From NCBI GenBank assembly GCA_000004695.1, contig CM000154.2, positions 1,856,001-1,920,000 of the forward strand: DNA of 64,000 bases. Direction: 5' to 3'. The position numbers were made by a program, and so were the translations under genes. The stretch is from Dictyostelium discoideum (lineage: Eukaryota). This document shows positions 23,264 to 38,163 of this stretch, one piece after another (positions within the stretch are counted from its first letter, which is position 1; every line of letters starts with the position of its first letter). The notes beneath the pieces were generated by a model. It was not told the origin of the DNA, did no database searches, and worked only from the letters and a program-made list of their open reading frames with translations.

Positions 23264-24175
23264 TTATTTTTTTTTATTTGAAAAATATTGATCAATTAGA
23301 GTTTGTTTAAAAGATTGGCCTTTAGAAAACTTCCTTTCTATTTTTAAATTATTTTTTTTAACATTTTTTTGATCATCCAGAGAAGATTTTCGTTGTTGCT
23401 GTTGTAGTTTTTGTTGTTGTTGTTGTTTTTGAGAATTTAATAATTTTGGATTAAATGAACTTTGAATACCTAAAAATTTATTCATAATTGACCAAATATT
23501 TGATGGCATCCAAGGAAAATTTGATTTTAATTCAGTTTCTTTTGAAAATAATAAAAAATTCAATGGTTTCCAAGTTAAAAGTAATTGAGAGATGAATGGA
23601 TTAAAACCTGGTATTTTTGATAAAAACCTTTCATGTTTTGATTCAACTTCTAATAACCATTTTCTATCGGACCATTGTTCTAATGAGTGATTCCAAATCT
23701 CGCTACTCTTTGGAATATTTTCACAAATTGATCTAATTATATATCCTGATTGATTTGGTGACCAACTATAAAGGAATTGAATTTTATTTATCTGATCTTT
23801 CATTAAAAAATTACATTGAATAATTAAATTTTGAGAAAATTTAATACTATTAACATCCATAAAAGATATTGACGATGATGATGATTCAATTATTATCCAA
23901 CATTTTTCAAATTGAAAACTAGTAATAATAATTGATTCTATTAATGTTTCAATGTTTTTTTGATTCTTTTCACTATCGTTGCTACCAATATTCTTTACTA
24001 AAAATAAACAATTTCTTTCATCAATTATTAAATCTAAATAATTCTTTAATGTTCTTTCAATTAATTTAATATTGAAATCTTTGTTTAAAGTTTCAATTAA
24101 ATTTCTATTTTGTAAAAAATTTTCACCACAAATTAAATTAATTTCAATTGATAATCTATGATTTAAATTATTTGT

Positions 24176-24270
<95 letters not shown>

Positions 24271-25089
24271 GCTGCTGATGTATTTGAAAGTTATTTTTAA
24301 AATTTAATTTATTTTGAAATGGATTATTTAATCTTTGAAATTGATTTAATCTTTTCAAATTTATAGAAAACTGTTGTGGTGATTGTTTAAATGAAGAAAA
24401 AGAACTTAAAGAAGAAGTTGATGAAGAAGGAGAACTAAATGAAGAAGATGAAGATTGTAAATTATTTAATATTAAAAGTTTTTCATTAAACTCTTTTTTA
24501 TTATATTGATCTAAATACTCGAAAATTAAATCCATTTCATTAAATTTAATTGGTTTAAATATTATAAATTTTGATGTTGTCATATTTAAAAATAATGTTG
24601 AAAATAATAAATTATCTTGTTGTTGTTGTTGCATTTGAAATTTTAATTGATTATTATCATTATTATTTATATGATCATCTAAAATATTATGATATAAATC
24701 ATATTTGATAATAATTGAAAATTGTTTTGATTCTAAAATCTTTAAGGATTGTATTAAATTTTTAAATGATATTATTATACAATTATTTTGTTGGTAATTG
24801 ATTGAATTTATTTGATCTAATAAAATTGGTGATAATATTTTAAATGGTTTTATAAATTTTATATTTTTTATTAAACTATTATAAACTTCATCAATAATTA
24901 AATTATCACTTGTAACTATTAAAACTTTAAAAAATATTGGTAATTTTTGTTGATTAATTTGACAAAAGATATTTAATTGATCATTTAAATATTTAATTAA
25001 TATTGATAATTTATTTATATCATTTATTATACCTGCTTCAACTTCATTATTTAAATTTGTTAATTTTTTAAAGATTTCTTTGAAATGTA
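23264..25089 (-). CDS. Orphan low-complexity (Q/N/S-rich) protein of about 1165 aa, exon 2.
   Basis: The open frame continues upstream of the ATG annotated at 24634, as far as acceptor tttttttag|TA at 25090-25091. Contains a (CAA)n poly-Gln run. Confidence 0.55.
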
Positions 25090-25122
25090 CTAAAAAAATT
25101 TAAAAGAATTAGAATATTAGTT

Positions 25123-25181
<59 letters not shown>

Positions 25182-25197
25182 TTAAACTAAAACTTAC

Positions 25198-26869
<1,672 letters not shown>

Positions 26870-27325
26870 TTGTTTATTTATTTTTTAAAAAAAAAAATAA
26901 AATAACTTTATGTGTGAACATCTTTTATTTAATTTTAACTAAATTTTTTAATTTTTAATTTATTTTATAATAATTATAATTATTTATTTATTTTTTATTT
27001 AATTCCAAATTAATTAATTTAATATTAATATTGAAAAAAAAAAAAAAAAAAAAAAAATAATAAAATTGCCATTATTGTCTTTTTTTTTTTTTTTTTTATT
27101 TTTGTTTTTTTTTGGTTTAAATTTTATTAAATTTATAACCTTATTTATACTTGTATTATTGTTAAATTAAATTACCAAAATAATTCATAATTTATTTAAT
27201 TTTAATTAATTGGGAATAAATATCTTTATCTAGATAGGTTGGCTGATTAAAAATGGAAAAAAAAGAAAAAATAATTTAAAAAAAAAAAAAAAAAAAATAT
27301 ATTTTTTGATTTTTTTTTTTTTTTT

Positions 27326-27361
<36 letters not shown>

Positions 27362-27550
27362 TTTTTATATTTACATTATACAATTCCATACAGCGAAACT
27401 CACCACACAATACTGAGGGTGATAAAAAAAATAATAAAAAATCAAAAACTATACGCGCGCATATAATAAAACTAAATATATAGTATATAATATTCTATAT
27501 CTTAAAAAAAAATATAAATAAAAAATAATAAAAATAAATAAAAATAAATA

Positions 27551-27687
27551 ATGACAAATTGTAATAGAAGTAATGCTGCTATAGCACCAAAATTAATGAA
27601 ACAAGTTCAAGTCAAATTAAAAGAAGTACAACAATTATTCCCAATAACTACAAACTCTTTAATCATTGATAAAAATGGGGAAATAAT
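27551..27687 (+). CDS. Small roadblock/LC7-like (LAMTOR-like?) protein, exon 1. Missed by the ORF track.
   Basis: ATG at 27551 (MTNCNRSNAAIAPKLMKQVQVKLKEVQQLFPITTNSLIIDKNGEI). Donor AT|GTATTG, phase 2. Confidence 0.4.
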
Positions 27688-27766
27688 GTATTGTATCATT
27701 TAAAATGTTATGTTATTTTAGTAAACTTATCTTTGTATATACAAAACTAATATATTTATATATATA

Positions 27767-27803
<37 letters not shown>

Positions 27804-27806
27804 TAG

Positions 27807-27978
27807 TGTCGAAACATCACAAAACAATTTAGGACAAAAAGAACTTTCAAATACAATTCATCAATTAAAAACTTATGCAATTTCATTTGTTTCAACATTA
27901 CAAGAAAAAGATGATTGCTCTCATATTCATATTAGAGGAGAAAAAAATATGTTTTCATTTTATATAGTTAGAGACTCT
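27807..27978 (+). CDS. Small roadblock-like protein, exon 2.
   Basis: Acceptor acttag at 27805-27806. Reads (I)VETSQNNLGQKELSNTIHQLKTYAISFVSTLQEKDDCSHIHIRGEKNMFSFYIVRDS. Donor GTAAGT at 27979. Confidence 0.4.
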
Positions 27979-28069
27979 GTAAGTAAATATAGAGAAGAAC
28001 CATTATTCAATTTAGTTGTTTGATTCATTTATTTATTTTCAATCCTATATATTTAAAACTATAATTTAG

Positions 28070-28195
28070 ATTTTAGCATTTTTCACTCAAATGGATTTTG
28101 AAGCTGGTAAAAAGTTCAATTTTCAACAAGCAGATGATAAAGTAAAATTAATTTGTCAAGATCTTCTCCATTTACTCGCAAATACAAAGATTTAA
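28070..28195 (+). CDS. Small roadblock-like protein, exon 3.
   Basis: Acceptor aatttag at 28068-28069. Reads ILAFFTQMDFEAGKKFNFQQADDKVKLICQDLLHLLANTKI*. Confidence 0.4.
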   Translation: MLAFFTQMDFEAGKKFNFQQADDKVKLICQDLLHLLANTKI

Positions 28196-28205
28196 ATAAT
28201 ATTTT

Positions 28206-28250
<45 letters not shown>

Positions 28251-29784
28251 AAAATCAAAAAAAAAACACTATCCAACAACTAATCAACAATTAAATAATC
28301 AATAATCAAATAACAAATATTTGTACTTAATATTGTATATATATTATATCATTGTACCATATATATAAACTTTTTATTATTTTATTTTTTTTTTTTATAT
28401 AAACACTTTTTTTTATTTTTTTATTTATTATCTTAAAATATAAAATAAAATTTATTGATATGTTTTAATTTATTTTTATATTTTTTTTATATTTTATTTT
28501 CACCCCATAACATCACACACAAGCGAGATCAACAAAACTTTTTTTTTTATTTTTTTTTTTTTTTAATTTTTTATTTTTTTTTTTTGTAAATTGTGATCAA
28601 CTTTTACAAATAAATTAAAATTAATTTAAAAAAAAAAAAAAATATAAATAAAAATAGAAAATAAAAAAAATATTTGGAAATAATTTATTATTAAAATACC
28701 ATTTACAATAAAACTAAAATCATTAGTGTAAAGTAAAATATTATTTTCATTTTTTATTTGTTTAAAATCTCTTTTTTTTTTATTTTATTTTATTTATTTT
28801 TTTTATTCTTTTTTTTTTTTTTTTTTTTTTTTATTTTTTTTTATTTTATTTTATTTATTTTTTTTATTCTTTTTTTTTTCCTCTACACTTTAATTTTTTT
28901 TATCTTTACAATTTATTTTTTTTTTTTTTTTTTATAATTTTTATTTTTTCATTTTTATTTTTTTTTTTTTCTATATTTTTTTTTTTTTTTTTTTGAATTT
29001 TATGTTATATTTTTATTGCCATAATCACACACTAACACATTGTTGTATGTTGTATGTATATCATAAAGATAGTTTAATTTAACCACACACAACATTTTTT
29101 TTCAAATTTATTATTAATTTTTTAATTTTTTATTTTTGTTTTTTTTTTTTTTTTTTATAAAATTTTTTTTATTTTTTATTTTTTTTTTTTTTATAATTTT
29201 TTTGTTTTTTTATTTCTTTTTCACTCTTTATAATAATAATTAAAAAAAAAAAAAAAAAAAAATTATTTCGCACACATAAAAAATACATATTTATAAAATT
29301 GGTAATATATTAAAGAAATTTTGATTTGTTTATAATCATATTTTCTATTAAAATTTTAACTATAATAAAATATCCATATTAAAAACATTTTTTACCTTTT
29401 TTTTTTACCTTTTTTTTTTTTTTATTTTTTTTTTTGGATTTTTTTTTTTTTTATCTTTAATATTATTATTTTTTTTTTTTTTTTTTTTTTTTTTTATTAC
29501 TCACTCGATCATTAATTAATTTAACATATTAAAATTTAATTACTAATTTTAAAATTTTTACTTTTTTTTTTATTTTATTTTTTTTTTTTTTTTAAGAAAT
29601 ACAAATACTCTTAATTGTACATAAAGAAGAAGAAAAAAAAAAAAAGGGTTGTTGTATAATAGTAGTAATAATAAATAAAATAAAATAAAACAAAATAAAA
29701 CAAAATAAAATAAAATAAAATAAAATAAAATAAAATAAAATCAAATATATATATTAAAAAAAGAAAAAAAAAAAAAGAAGAAAA

Positions 29785-30192
29785 ATGGAGAAATATTCAA
29801 AAATTGAAAAATTAGGAGAAGGTACATATGGTATTGTATATAAAGCAAAGAATCGTGAAACAGGTGAAATTGTAGCTTTAAAAAGAATAAGATTAGACTC
29901 TGAAGATGAAGGTGTACCATGTACAGCAATTAGAGAGATTTCTTTATTAAAAGAGTTAAAACATCCAAATATTGTTAGATTACATGATGTAATTCATACA
30001 GAAAGAAAACTTACATTGGTATTTGAATATCTAGATCAAGATTTAAAGAAATATTTAGATGAATGTGGTGGTGAAATTTCAAAACCAACAATTAAATCAT
30101 TTATGTATCAATTATTAAAAGGTGTTGCATTTTGTCATGATCATAGAGTTTTACATAGAGATTTAAAACCACAAAATCTTTTAATTAATAGA
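29785..30192 (+). CDS. cdk5: Cyclin-dependent kinase 5-like, exon 1.
   Basis: [61 protein letters not shown]. Donor GTATGT at 30193. Confidence 0.85.
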
Positions 30193-30197
30193 GTATG

Positions 30198-30233
<36 letters not shown>

Positions 30234-30299
30234 CTTCAATATAAATGTAAATATATAAATATTAATTTTTTTTTTTTTATTTTTTTTCTTTAAAAAAAG

Positions 30300-30770
30300 A
30301 AAGGTGAATTAAAATTAGCGGATTTTGGTTTAGCAAGAGCATTTGGTATACCAGTTAGAACATATTCACATGAAGTAGTAACATTATGGTATAGAGCACC
30401 AGATGTGTTGATGGGATCAAGAAAGTATTCAACTCCAATTGATATCTGGTCAGCAGGTTGTATTTTTGCAGAGATGGCATCAGGTAGACCATTATTCCCT
30501 GGTTCAGGAACAAGTGATCAATTGTTTAGAATATTTAAGATATTGGGAACTCCAAATGAAGAGAGTTGGCCATCAATTACTGAATTACCAGAATATAAAA
30601 CTGATTTCCCTGTACATCCTGCTCATCAATTATCATCAATCGTACATGGTCTCGATGAAAAAGGTTTAAATTTACTTTCAAAAATGTTACAATATGATCC
30701 AAATCAAAGAATTACTGCTGCTGCTGCTTTAAAACATCCTTATTTCGATGGTTTAGAACCTATTAATTAA
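30300..30770 (+). CDS. cdk5: Cyclin-dependent kinase 5-like, exon 2.
   Basis: Acceptor aaaaaaag at 30298-30299. Reads [35 protein letters not shown].. to the stop at 30770. Confidence 0.85.
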   Translation, partial: KGELKLADFGLARAFGIPVRTYSHEVVTLWYRAPDVLMGSRKYSTPIDIWSAGCIFAEMASGRPLFPGSGTSDQLFRIFKILGTPNEESWPSITELPEYKTDFPVHPAHQLSSIVHGLDEKGLNLLSKMLQYDPNQRITAAAALKHPYFDGLEPIN

Positions 30771-30775
30771 ATTAA

Positions 30776-30823
<48 letters not shown>

Positions 30824-31041
30824 AACCAAAAAAAAAAAAAAATAATATATATTTATCTCTTTTTTTTATTTTTATTATTTTAATTTTAATTCTATTTTTT
30901 TTATTTTTTTTATTTCAAATTTTAATTTTTTAAAAAAAAAATAATAAACAACACTATATAGCTTTATATATATTCTATTCTAATAATTATCTACTTTTTT
31001 TTTTTTTTGTTTTTTTTGTTTTTTTGTTTTTTTTTTTTATT

Positions 31042-32100
31042 TTAAAATTTATTATTTATTATAATTTTACCATTTGAATTTGAATTTTCAAAACAAGTAT
31101 AAGCATCTTTAATTTGATTTAAATTAAATTGTTTATCAATATTTGGAATTAAAATATTATTTTCATAAAGTTTTGAAATTTGTTTTAAAGTTGAACCAGA
31201 TGGTGAAAAGATTGCATAATCTAAATGAACATTTTTTGAATATTGTTTTTTAATTCTTTCAGAAGAGTTTAATTGATTCATCATACCCATTGGTAAACCA
31301 GATAAAACACCATCTTTATCACTAAATTTAACTAATGGACCATTGAAACCAATTAAATTACCACCATCTTTTAAAGCATCAATACATTTCTTTTCATTTT
31401 CATTTTGATTTTTACCACCATCATAACAATTGAAAATTAAATCAAATTTATTATTATCATTATCATTAATTTTCAAATTATTATAATCTATAGTTTCATT
31501 TACTAGAGTTAATTTTTTTAATTTTTCAAAATGTTTTATATTACAGGTTGTTGAAACTTGATTTACATTTAAATGTTTCTTTAATAATTGTAGGATGAAG
31601 AAACCAACACTACCATTACCACCATTGACTAGGATTTTAGTATTGGTTGTAATCTTTTTATTTGTTGGTAAAACATTGTAAATTGCATTCCATGCTGTTA
31701 GAGATGCAAATGGAATTGATGCAGATTGTTGGTGTGTTAAGTTCTTTGGTTTTAATGATATTTCACTCTCGTCAACTGTAATGTATTCACAATGTGATCC
31801 CATTGAAAATGGTGGTGATGCACTCCAAACTTGATCACCAATTTCGTAATCCCAAACACTGTCACCGATTTCTACGATTTCACCACTACATTCTCTACCT
31901 AAAATAATTGGTAATTTTAATTTCAAATCTACAATACTTGATGCATATCCTTTTCTCATTACATTATCTAATGGATTAATTGATGTTGAATGTATCTTTA
32001 TTAAAACTTGTGATTTAATTGGTTTTGGTACTGGTAAATCAGTTTTATATTCTAATAAATCTAATGATTCACCATATCCATTTAATAAAATACCTTTCAT
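31042..32100 (-). CDS. Zinc-type alcohol dehydrogenase-like / quinone oxidoreductase (MDR superfamily, RTN4IP1-like).
   Basis: A 352 aa ORF with the GroES-like N-terminus and a Rossmann motif (ILVNGGNGSVGFFILQLLK). Confidence 0.6.
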   Translation of the reverse strand: MKGILLNGYGESLDLLEYKTDLPVPKPIKSQVLIKIHSTSINPLDNVMRKGYASSIVDLKLKLPIILGRECSGEIVEIGDSVWDYEIGDQVWSASPPFSMGSHCEYITVDESEISLKPKNLTHQQSASIPFASLTAWNAIYNVLPTNKKITTNTKILVNGGNGSVGFFILQLLKKHLNVNQVSTTCNIKHFEKLKKLTLVNETIDYNNLKINDNDNNKFDLIFNCYDGGKNQNENEKKCIDALKDGGNLIGFNGPLVKFSDKDGVLSGLPMGMMNQLNSSERIKKQYSKNVHLDYAIFSPSGSTLKQISKLYENNILIPNIDKQFNLNQIKDAYTCFENSNSNGKIIINNKF

Positions 32101-32305
32101 TTTAATTCCATTTATAAAATTTTCATTTTTTGGTGCTTTTTTTATTTTAAAAAAAAATATATATATTTGAAAAAGAAATTATTAATATATGTTTATTTAT
32201 ATATATATATATAAAAATAAAAATAAAAAAAATAAAATAAAATAAAAATTAATTTTTGTTCAGGTTTAATAAGATTATATTATAAAAAATTGATTTTATA
32301 AAATT

Positions 32306-32341
<36 letters not shown>

Positions 32342-32628
32342 ATTTTAAATTAAGTTTTAAAAAATATTATTAGAATAATCTTGGTTTTTTTTTTTTTTTT
32401 ATTTTTTTTTAAAAGCTATTTTTAAATTATTGGTTTTTTACCTCTTATGAAACTTGTTAACAAATTGATTGAAGTTTTTTGGTTCATTGTTTCCAAAACA
32501 ATTCGACCCAATTTTTTTTTTTGAAAATAATAAATTGCTATTTTTTTTTTTTTTATTTATTTTTTAATTTTTTTTTTTTTTTTTTATTTTTTTTTTTATT
32601 TTTTAAAAAATATCTTTGCAAACCCAAC

Positions 32629-32659
<31 letters not shown>

Positions 32660-32713
32660 CATTCATATTCGTTAACGGATAAAACTAATAAATACATATA
32701 CATACAATATACA

Positions 32714-32735
32714 ATGAGTAATAATATAAATTATA

Positions 32736-32768
<33 letters not shown>

Positions 32769-33369
32769 TTGATATACTGCCACCACTACCACCAACAGAA
32801 ACATTATTACCACCATATCCACACCCACTTTCACCTCCTCCACCAACACCACCATCAACAGAAACATTATTACCACCATATCCACACACACATTCACTTT
32901 CATCTCCACCACCTCCACCTCCACCACCACCACCACCACCACCACCAAGACATAGTTATATAAATTATCATGGATCATTTTCAAGGGGAGGTGCATTTAA
33001 AACCAAAGGATTTGTTGATCCTTCATTTTATAGTAGTAGTGTTTTAGTACCAATTAATAGGAATAGTCAATTCTCATTACATATTACATCAACTGAAACA
33101 GTTGTACAAAGAAAGAAATCATATACAGTATATGTAATTAGAGTTAAAAGTGATCAACATCAATGGGAAGTCGTTAGAAGATATAAACATTTTAGAGTAT
33201 TTTCAATTCAAATTAATAATGAGGTTTTTAATTCAAATTCATCCTCATCAACACCTTCTTCCACTTGTCCACCTTCTTCATCAACATCTTCACTTGGTAG
33301 TAGTAATAATAATATTAATAATACTAATACTACCAATAATAATCCCAATAATAATAATGCGAATATATT

Positions 33370-33434
<65 letters not shown>

Positions 33435-34033
33435 TAAATTTATCAACACAATTATCATTAACAAATTCAATACAATCATTTGAATTTCCATCAAAGAAAT
33501 TAATTGGTAATATGAATCCAAACTTTATAAAGAATCGTAAAGAACAATTGGAAAAGTTTTTACAATTGATAGCATCATCACAAGTTGCAAAGTTGTCTAG
33601 GAATTTAAAGGTATTCTTAGACCCAAACTTTTCACCATCATTACGTACACTCGTTAACCCATCTAAAGAAGGTTTCTTATACTTGTTAAAACCACAGAGT
33701 AAATATAGTTCATTATTAAATTCAAAGAAACAATGGATTAAAGTTTATTGTATTGCAACCAATTCGAATTTATTCTATTGGAAAAATAGAGAACAACCAT
33801 ATGCTGAAGCTAGAGGTGTAATTCAACTATGTCATTGTTCAACTAGAATTATGACAAAACAAGATAAAAAATGTATACAATTAAATGAAAATAGTAATAA
33901 TACTTCAAACAGTGGTGATAATTCAAAATATTTATTAACAAATTCAAAAGGTCATAAATCATTTAGTCATAAAATTAATCCAAATGATATTTATAATAAT
34001 ATAAATAATGTAAATAATAACAATAATAGCGCA

Positions 34034-34070
<37 letters not shown>

Positions 34071-34290
34071 TTGATAGTAATGAAGTATATTATTTATCAG
34101 CAGATTCTGATGTAATTTTAGAACAATGGGTTGAAACTATTGAAAAAGAAACTTTTAGATACCAAAAAGATATACAACAACAACAATCAGTATTAAATAA
34201 TAATACTCCACCACAAGCATTACAAGAACAATATCAACAACAAAAATATGATTCTAGTATTTTAAATATTGAAAATGATTATATAAATGC

Positions 34291-34373
<83 letters not shown>

Positions 34374-36397
34374 CTAATAAATTAAATGTTAGAAAATCAA
34401 TTAAAAAACTATATAAAGATGATGATATAATTGAAGAGATTGAAGAAGAATTTAAAAATAATGATAGTGAAACAAGTAAAGAATATAAATTATTAGAATC
34501 TGTACTTACAAATTCAAAATGTAAAGATTTATTAATTGATCCAAATTATGTAAATGATGATTCTTTTTCTTCCTCTTCAACTTGTTCAACTCCTTCTGCT
34601 TCAATTTTAAATTTAACAAAATCTTTAAATTTAAATACAAATTTACCAACTACTAGACCAAATACAAATACTACTACTACTACTACTACTGCAACTAGTA
34701 CGACTACAACGAATAAAAAGAAAATTAATAATGATGAAATTAGTTCAATTGAATTATTACATTCTGAAGAGATGACATATTTTGCAGAAAGGATTATACA
34801 TATGCATCAAAATACTGGTACTATTGGTAGTATAACCATTACAAATTATAGATTTTATTTTTCAGCGACGGTTGGTGATAAGATTATATCAATACCATTG
34901 ACAACCATTTCAAAGATATTTAAATGTGTTGGTTTCACATTGGATAAAGTTAAATATTATGCATTTGAATTGACTTGTAAAGATTTCAATCGAGCTCGAT
35001 TCATGCATTTACCAGGCTCATCACAACAAAAGGCGAATTCAAGATTGTTTGAGATATTGGAATCACTGATTTTCAAACAGAAACAACAGTATCATCAATT
35101 GTTTTGTTTCAAGAATGAGGAGATATTGGGCGGTTACGATGGTTGGAACATTTATCAAGCGTTGAAAGAATTTGCAAGACAGTCTATCCCTAACGAGGAT
35201 TGGAGGGTGTCGCATTACAATAACGATTACCAATTCTCGCCAACCTATCCAAACCTATTGATTGTGCCAAAGAGAATCACTGATCAGGAATTAATAAATA
35301 CCACTTCGTTTAGATCAAAAGGTAGAATACCAACATTGGTTTGGAAAAGTCCAAATTCAAATTCTGTAATAACAAGATGTAGTCAACCTGTAATTGGTGT
35401 AACAAAGAAACGTTCCCTAGATGATGAAAAATTAATCGAGTCAATACTTTTAGCGAATCCACAATCTGAAAAAGTTTACATTATGGATGCTAGACCTCAA
35501 CTAAATGCCGTTGCAAATCAAATGATGGGTTTAGGTTATGAAGATACAAATAATCAATCTTATAATAATTGTATTTTAAAATTTTTAAATATTGAAAATA
35601 TTCATAAAATGAGACATTCACAAAAGAAATTATTTAAATCAATTATGTCTGATTCTGTAATTTATGGTGAAAATAATAATAATAATATTAATAATAATAA
35701 TAGTAATAATGGTAGTGGTGGTAATGGTAATAATAATAATTTAAATTCAATTAATATTTTAAATTTAGAAGAATCAACTAGAGATTGGTTAGAACATATA
35801 AAGTCAATTTTAATTGGTACATTAGATATTGTTGATATTATTCAATTTTATAAATCATCAGTTGTAGTTCATTGTAGTGATGGTTGGGATAGAACAAGTC
35901 AATTATGTTCATTGGCTCAACTATTATTGGATCCTTATTATAGAACAGTGATTGGATTTCAAGTTTTAATTGAAAAGGAATGGTGTTCATTTGGTCATAA
36001 ATTTGAATCTAGAATTGGTCATACTGGTAAAAATGAAAAAAAGAGTGACGAATTGTCACCGATATTTTTACAATTTATCGATTGTGTTTGGCAAATTATG
36101 CAACAGAATCCAACGAGTTTTCAATTCAATTCAAAGTATTTATTAGAGATTATTCATCATTTATATAGTTGTCGTTTTGGTACTTTTCTATTCGATTGCC
36201 AAGAAAAACGTGTCTCTGCTAATCTTATGTCAAAAACTACAAGTATTTGGTCCTATATCAATCAAAATCATTCTCCATATTTCAATAAAAATTATATTTA
36301 TAATTCAAATGAACCACCAATAAGAATTGATACCTCTGAACTATCTTTATGGTCTGAATATTATTTACATTGGAGAAATTTTTATTTATCGAATTAA
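32714..36397 (+). CDS. Myotubularin-family PI3P phosphatase with N-terminal PX and PH domains (PX-PH-GRAM-PTP).
   Basis: Active site VVHCSDGWDRTSQ (CX5R). A GRAM segment lies upstream. The PX motif is (..RRYKHFRVF...FPSKKLIGN..FIKNRKEQLEKFLQ). The PH-like segment is (EGFLYLLKP..KQWIKVYCI..LFYWK). Long poly-Ser and poly-Asn runs. Confidence 0.8.
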
Positions 36398-36506
36398 AAA
36401 AAACTTTATATATATATATATATATATTAAAATTTAAATAAAAATAAAAAAAATAAATAAATAAATAAATAAAAGAAAAATTAAAAAAAAATATTTATTT
36501 TTTAAT

Positions 36507-36750
36507 TTGTGTGTTGTTTTTTTTGTGTGTGTGTTTGTGTGTATTATTTTTATTTTTATTTTTATTATTATTTTTTTATTTAAAATAATAAGTGTATTAT
36601 TTATAGCAACACTTATTATTTTAAATAAAAAGAAAAAAATTGTGTTTGTGTGTATTATTTTTATTTTTATTTTTATTTTTATTTTTATTTAAAATAATAA
36701 GTGTATTATTTATAGCAACACTTATTATTTTAAATAAAAAGAAAAAAAAT
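36507..36750. repeat. Two tandem about 120 bp repeats. Each contains a (TG)n-like stretch and a perfect 11 bp-stem hairpin (aataataagtg...cacttattatt).
   Basis: Read directly. Units at about 36507-36638 and about 36640-36750. Confidence 0.7.
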
Positions 36751-36915
36751 TTTTGTTGTGCAACCATTTGTAAATTGGTATAAAACAATGAAAAAAATAT
36801 ATTGTTTGTTTTTTTTTTTGAAAGGAGTTTTTCACTATAAATTGTTTTTATTTTTAATTTTTATTTTCTTTTTATTATATTTAATAAACTAATAGTTTAA
36901 AACTAAAATATCAAG

Positions 36916-37557
36916 ATGCATGTGTTAAATTTATTATTTTTAATAGTAATAATTAATATTTTAATTTTTTCTGTACAATCATATACCTTGAAAAAGTATG
37001 ATTATGGTCAGTTTTTAGTTATCGCCAGTGGGCCAGTAATTAATAAAAAATTTAATGTTGCAAATCACCAGGTATCAAACTTTTTACTAACAAAAGATGA
37101 AAATGATTCTAATTCAGTGCAGCTTCGTATCACTTCTGATGGAGCACCAGAATTTTTAATCTTTTACAGTACTTTTAGTGATGAAATTGCAAGTGAAAAA
37201 AATTCAAACAAAACAAATATTACCACTCCATTGGAAGGCTCAATGTGTATCTCTAGTGTCTATTCTTTTTCAATCAAAATGAACAATTACCTCTTGGGTG
37301 GTGATTACATTATCTCAATTCTAGGTAACTCTGATGTTTCAAAATGCTACAAGCATGTCCCAGTAAACCAAGCTAACCAAGAACCTGAAAGTATTGTATT
37401 ACTTTCAACATCTTCTGAACAACTTGTTTTACAATCTGATGGTGAAACAGTCGTTCAAAAAAATATAGAGAATCAAAAATCTACTGCTTCAACACCACTA
37501 GTCAATGGAGTTTTAATTTTTTCAACAGTTCTTTTATTTTTACAATTAATAATCTAA
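36916..37557 (+). CDS. Small secreted/GPI-anchored-type protein (N-terminal signal peptide and C-terminal hydrophobic tail).
   Basis: MHVLNLLFLIVIINILIFSVQS... leader, and the terminal ..LIFSTVLLFLQLII*. Confidence 0.5.
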   Translation: MHVLNLLFLIVIINILIFSVQSYTLKKYDYGQFLVIASGPVINKKFNVANHQVSNFLLTKDENDSNSVQLRITSDGAPEFLIFYSTFSDEIASEKNSNKTNITTPLEGSMCISSVYSFSIKMNNYLLGGDYIISILGNSDVSKCYKHVPVNQANQEPESIVLLSTSSEQLVLQSDGETVVQKNIENQKSTASTPLVNGVLIFSTVLLFLQLII

Positions 37558-38163
37558 AACGTTTTAACAAAAACTCTCTTTTTTTTTAAAAAAAAAAATA
37601 AATAAAAAAAATGTTTTCAAATATATTTGAAAATATTAATCTTTTCTACAGTTTCTTTATTATTCTCTTTTTTATATTATCATAAATAAATAAAATTTAT
37701 TAATTTAAATAAAAAACATATCTCCATAGTTTATATTTATAAATAATACATTTAATAAGATTAGATATTGGGGAAATTAAAATATCAATTGGTTTTTAAT
37801 ATCCCCCAATTGGTTTGATACTGAAAATGAAATTGATTTAATATAAATTTTAAAAAGAAGTATAGAAAATGAGATACCCCACTTAATTTGGTGGTAAAAA
37901 ATTTAAATTACAAATTTAATTTATTTTTATTTTTAAATTGTTATTTAGTATTAATCTAAACAAAAGCAACAATTTAATATGCATAAATATATCAAAACCA
38001 TTTCTTAGTAGTAATTAATAAAAATAAAAATAATAAATAAATAAAAAAAACAATTAATAATAATAATAAAATAAAATTCCTATGTTTATTAATTTTTAAA
38101 TTTTATTTATTTTATTTTATTTTGCTTGTTTTTTTTTTTTATTTTAATGATTATTCTTAAATC

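Noticed and set aside
32685-33521. Short ORFs on both strands (32685-32996 minus, 32769-32963, 33150-33437, 33330-33521 minus) within the MTMR 5' region.
   Set aside because: They are alternative-frame or antisense readings of CCA/CAT/CAC repeat tracts (poly-Pro/His/Ser/Met). The MTMR frame is the only one continuous with the conserved domains.
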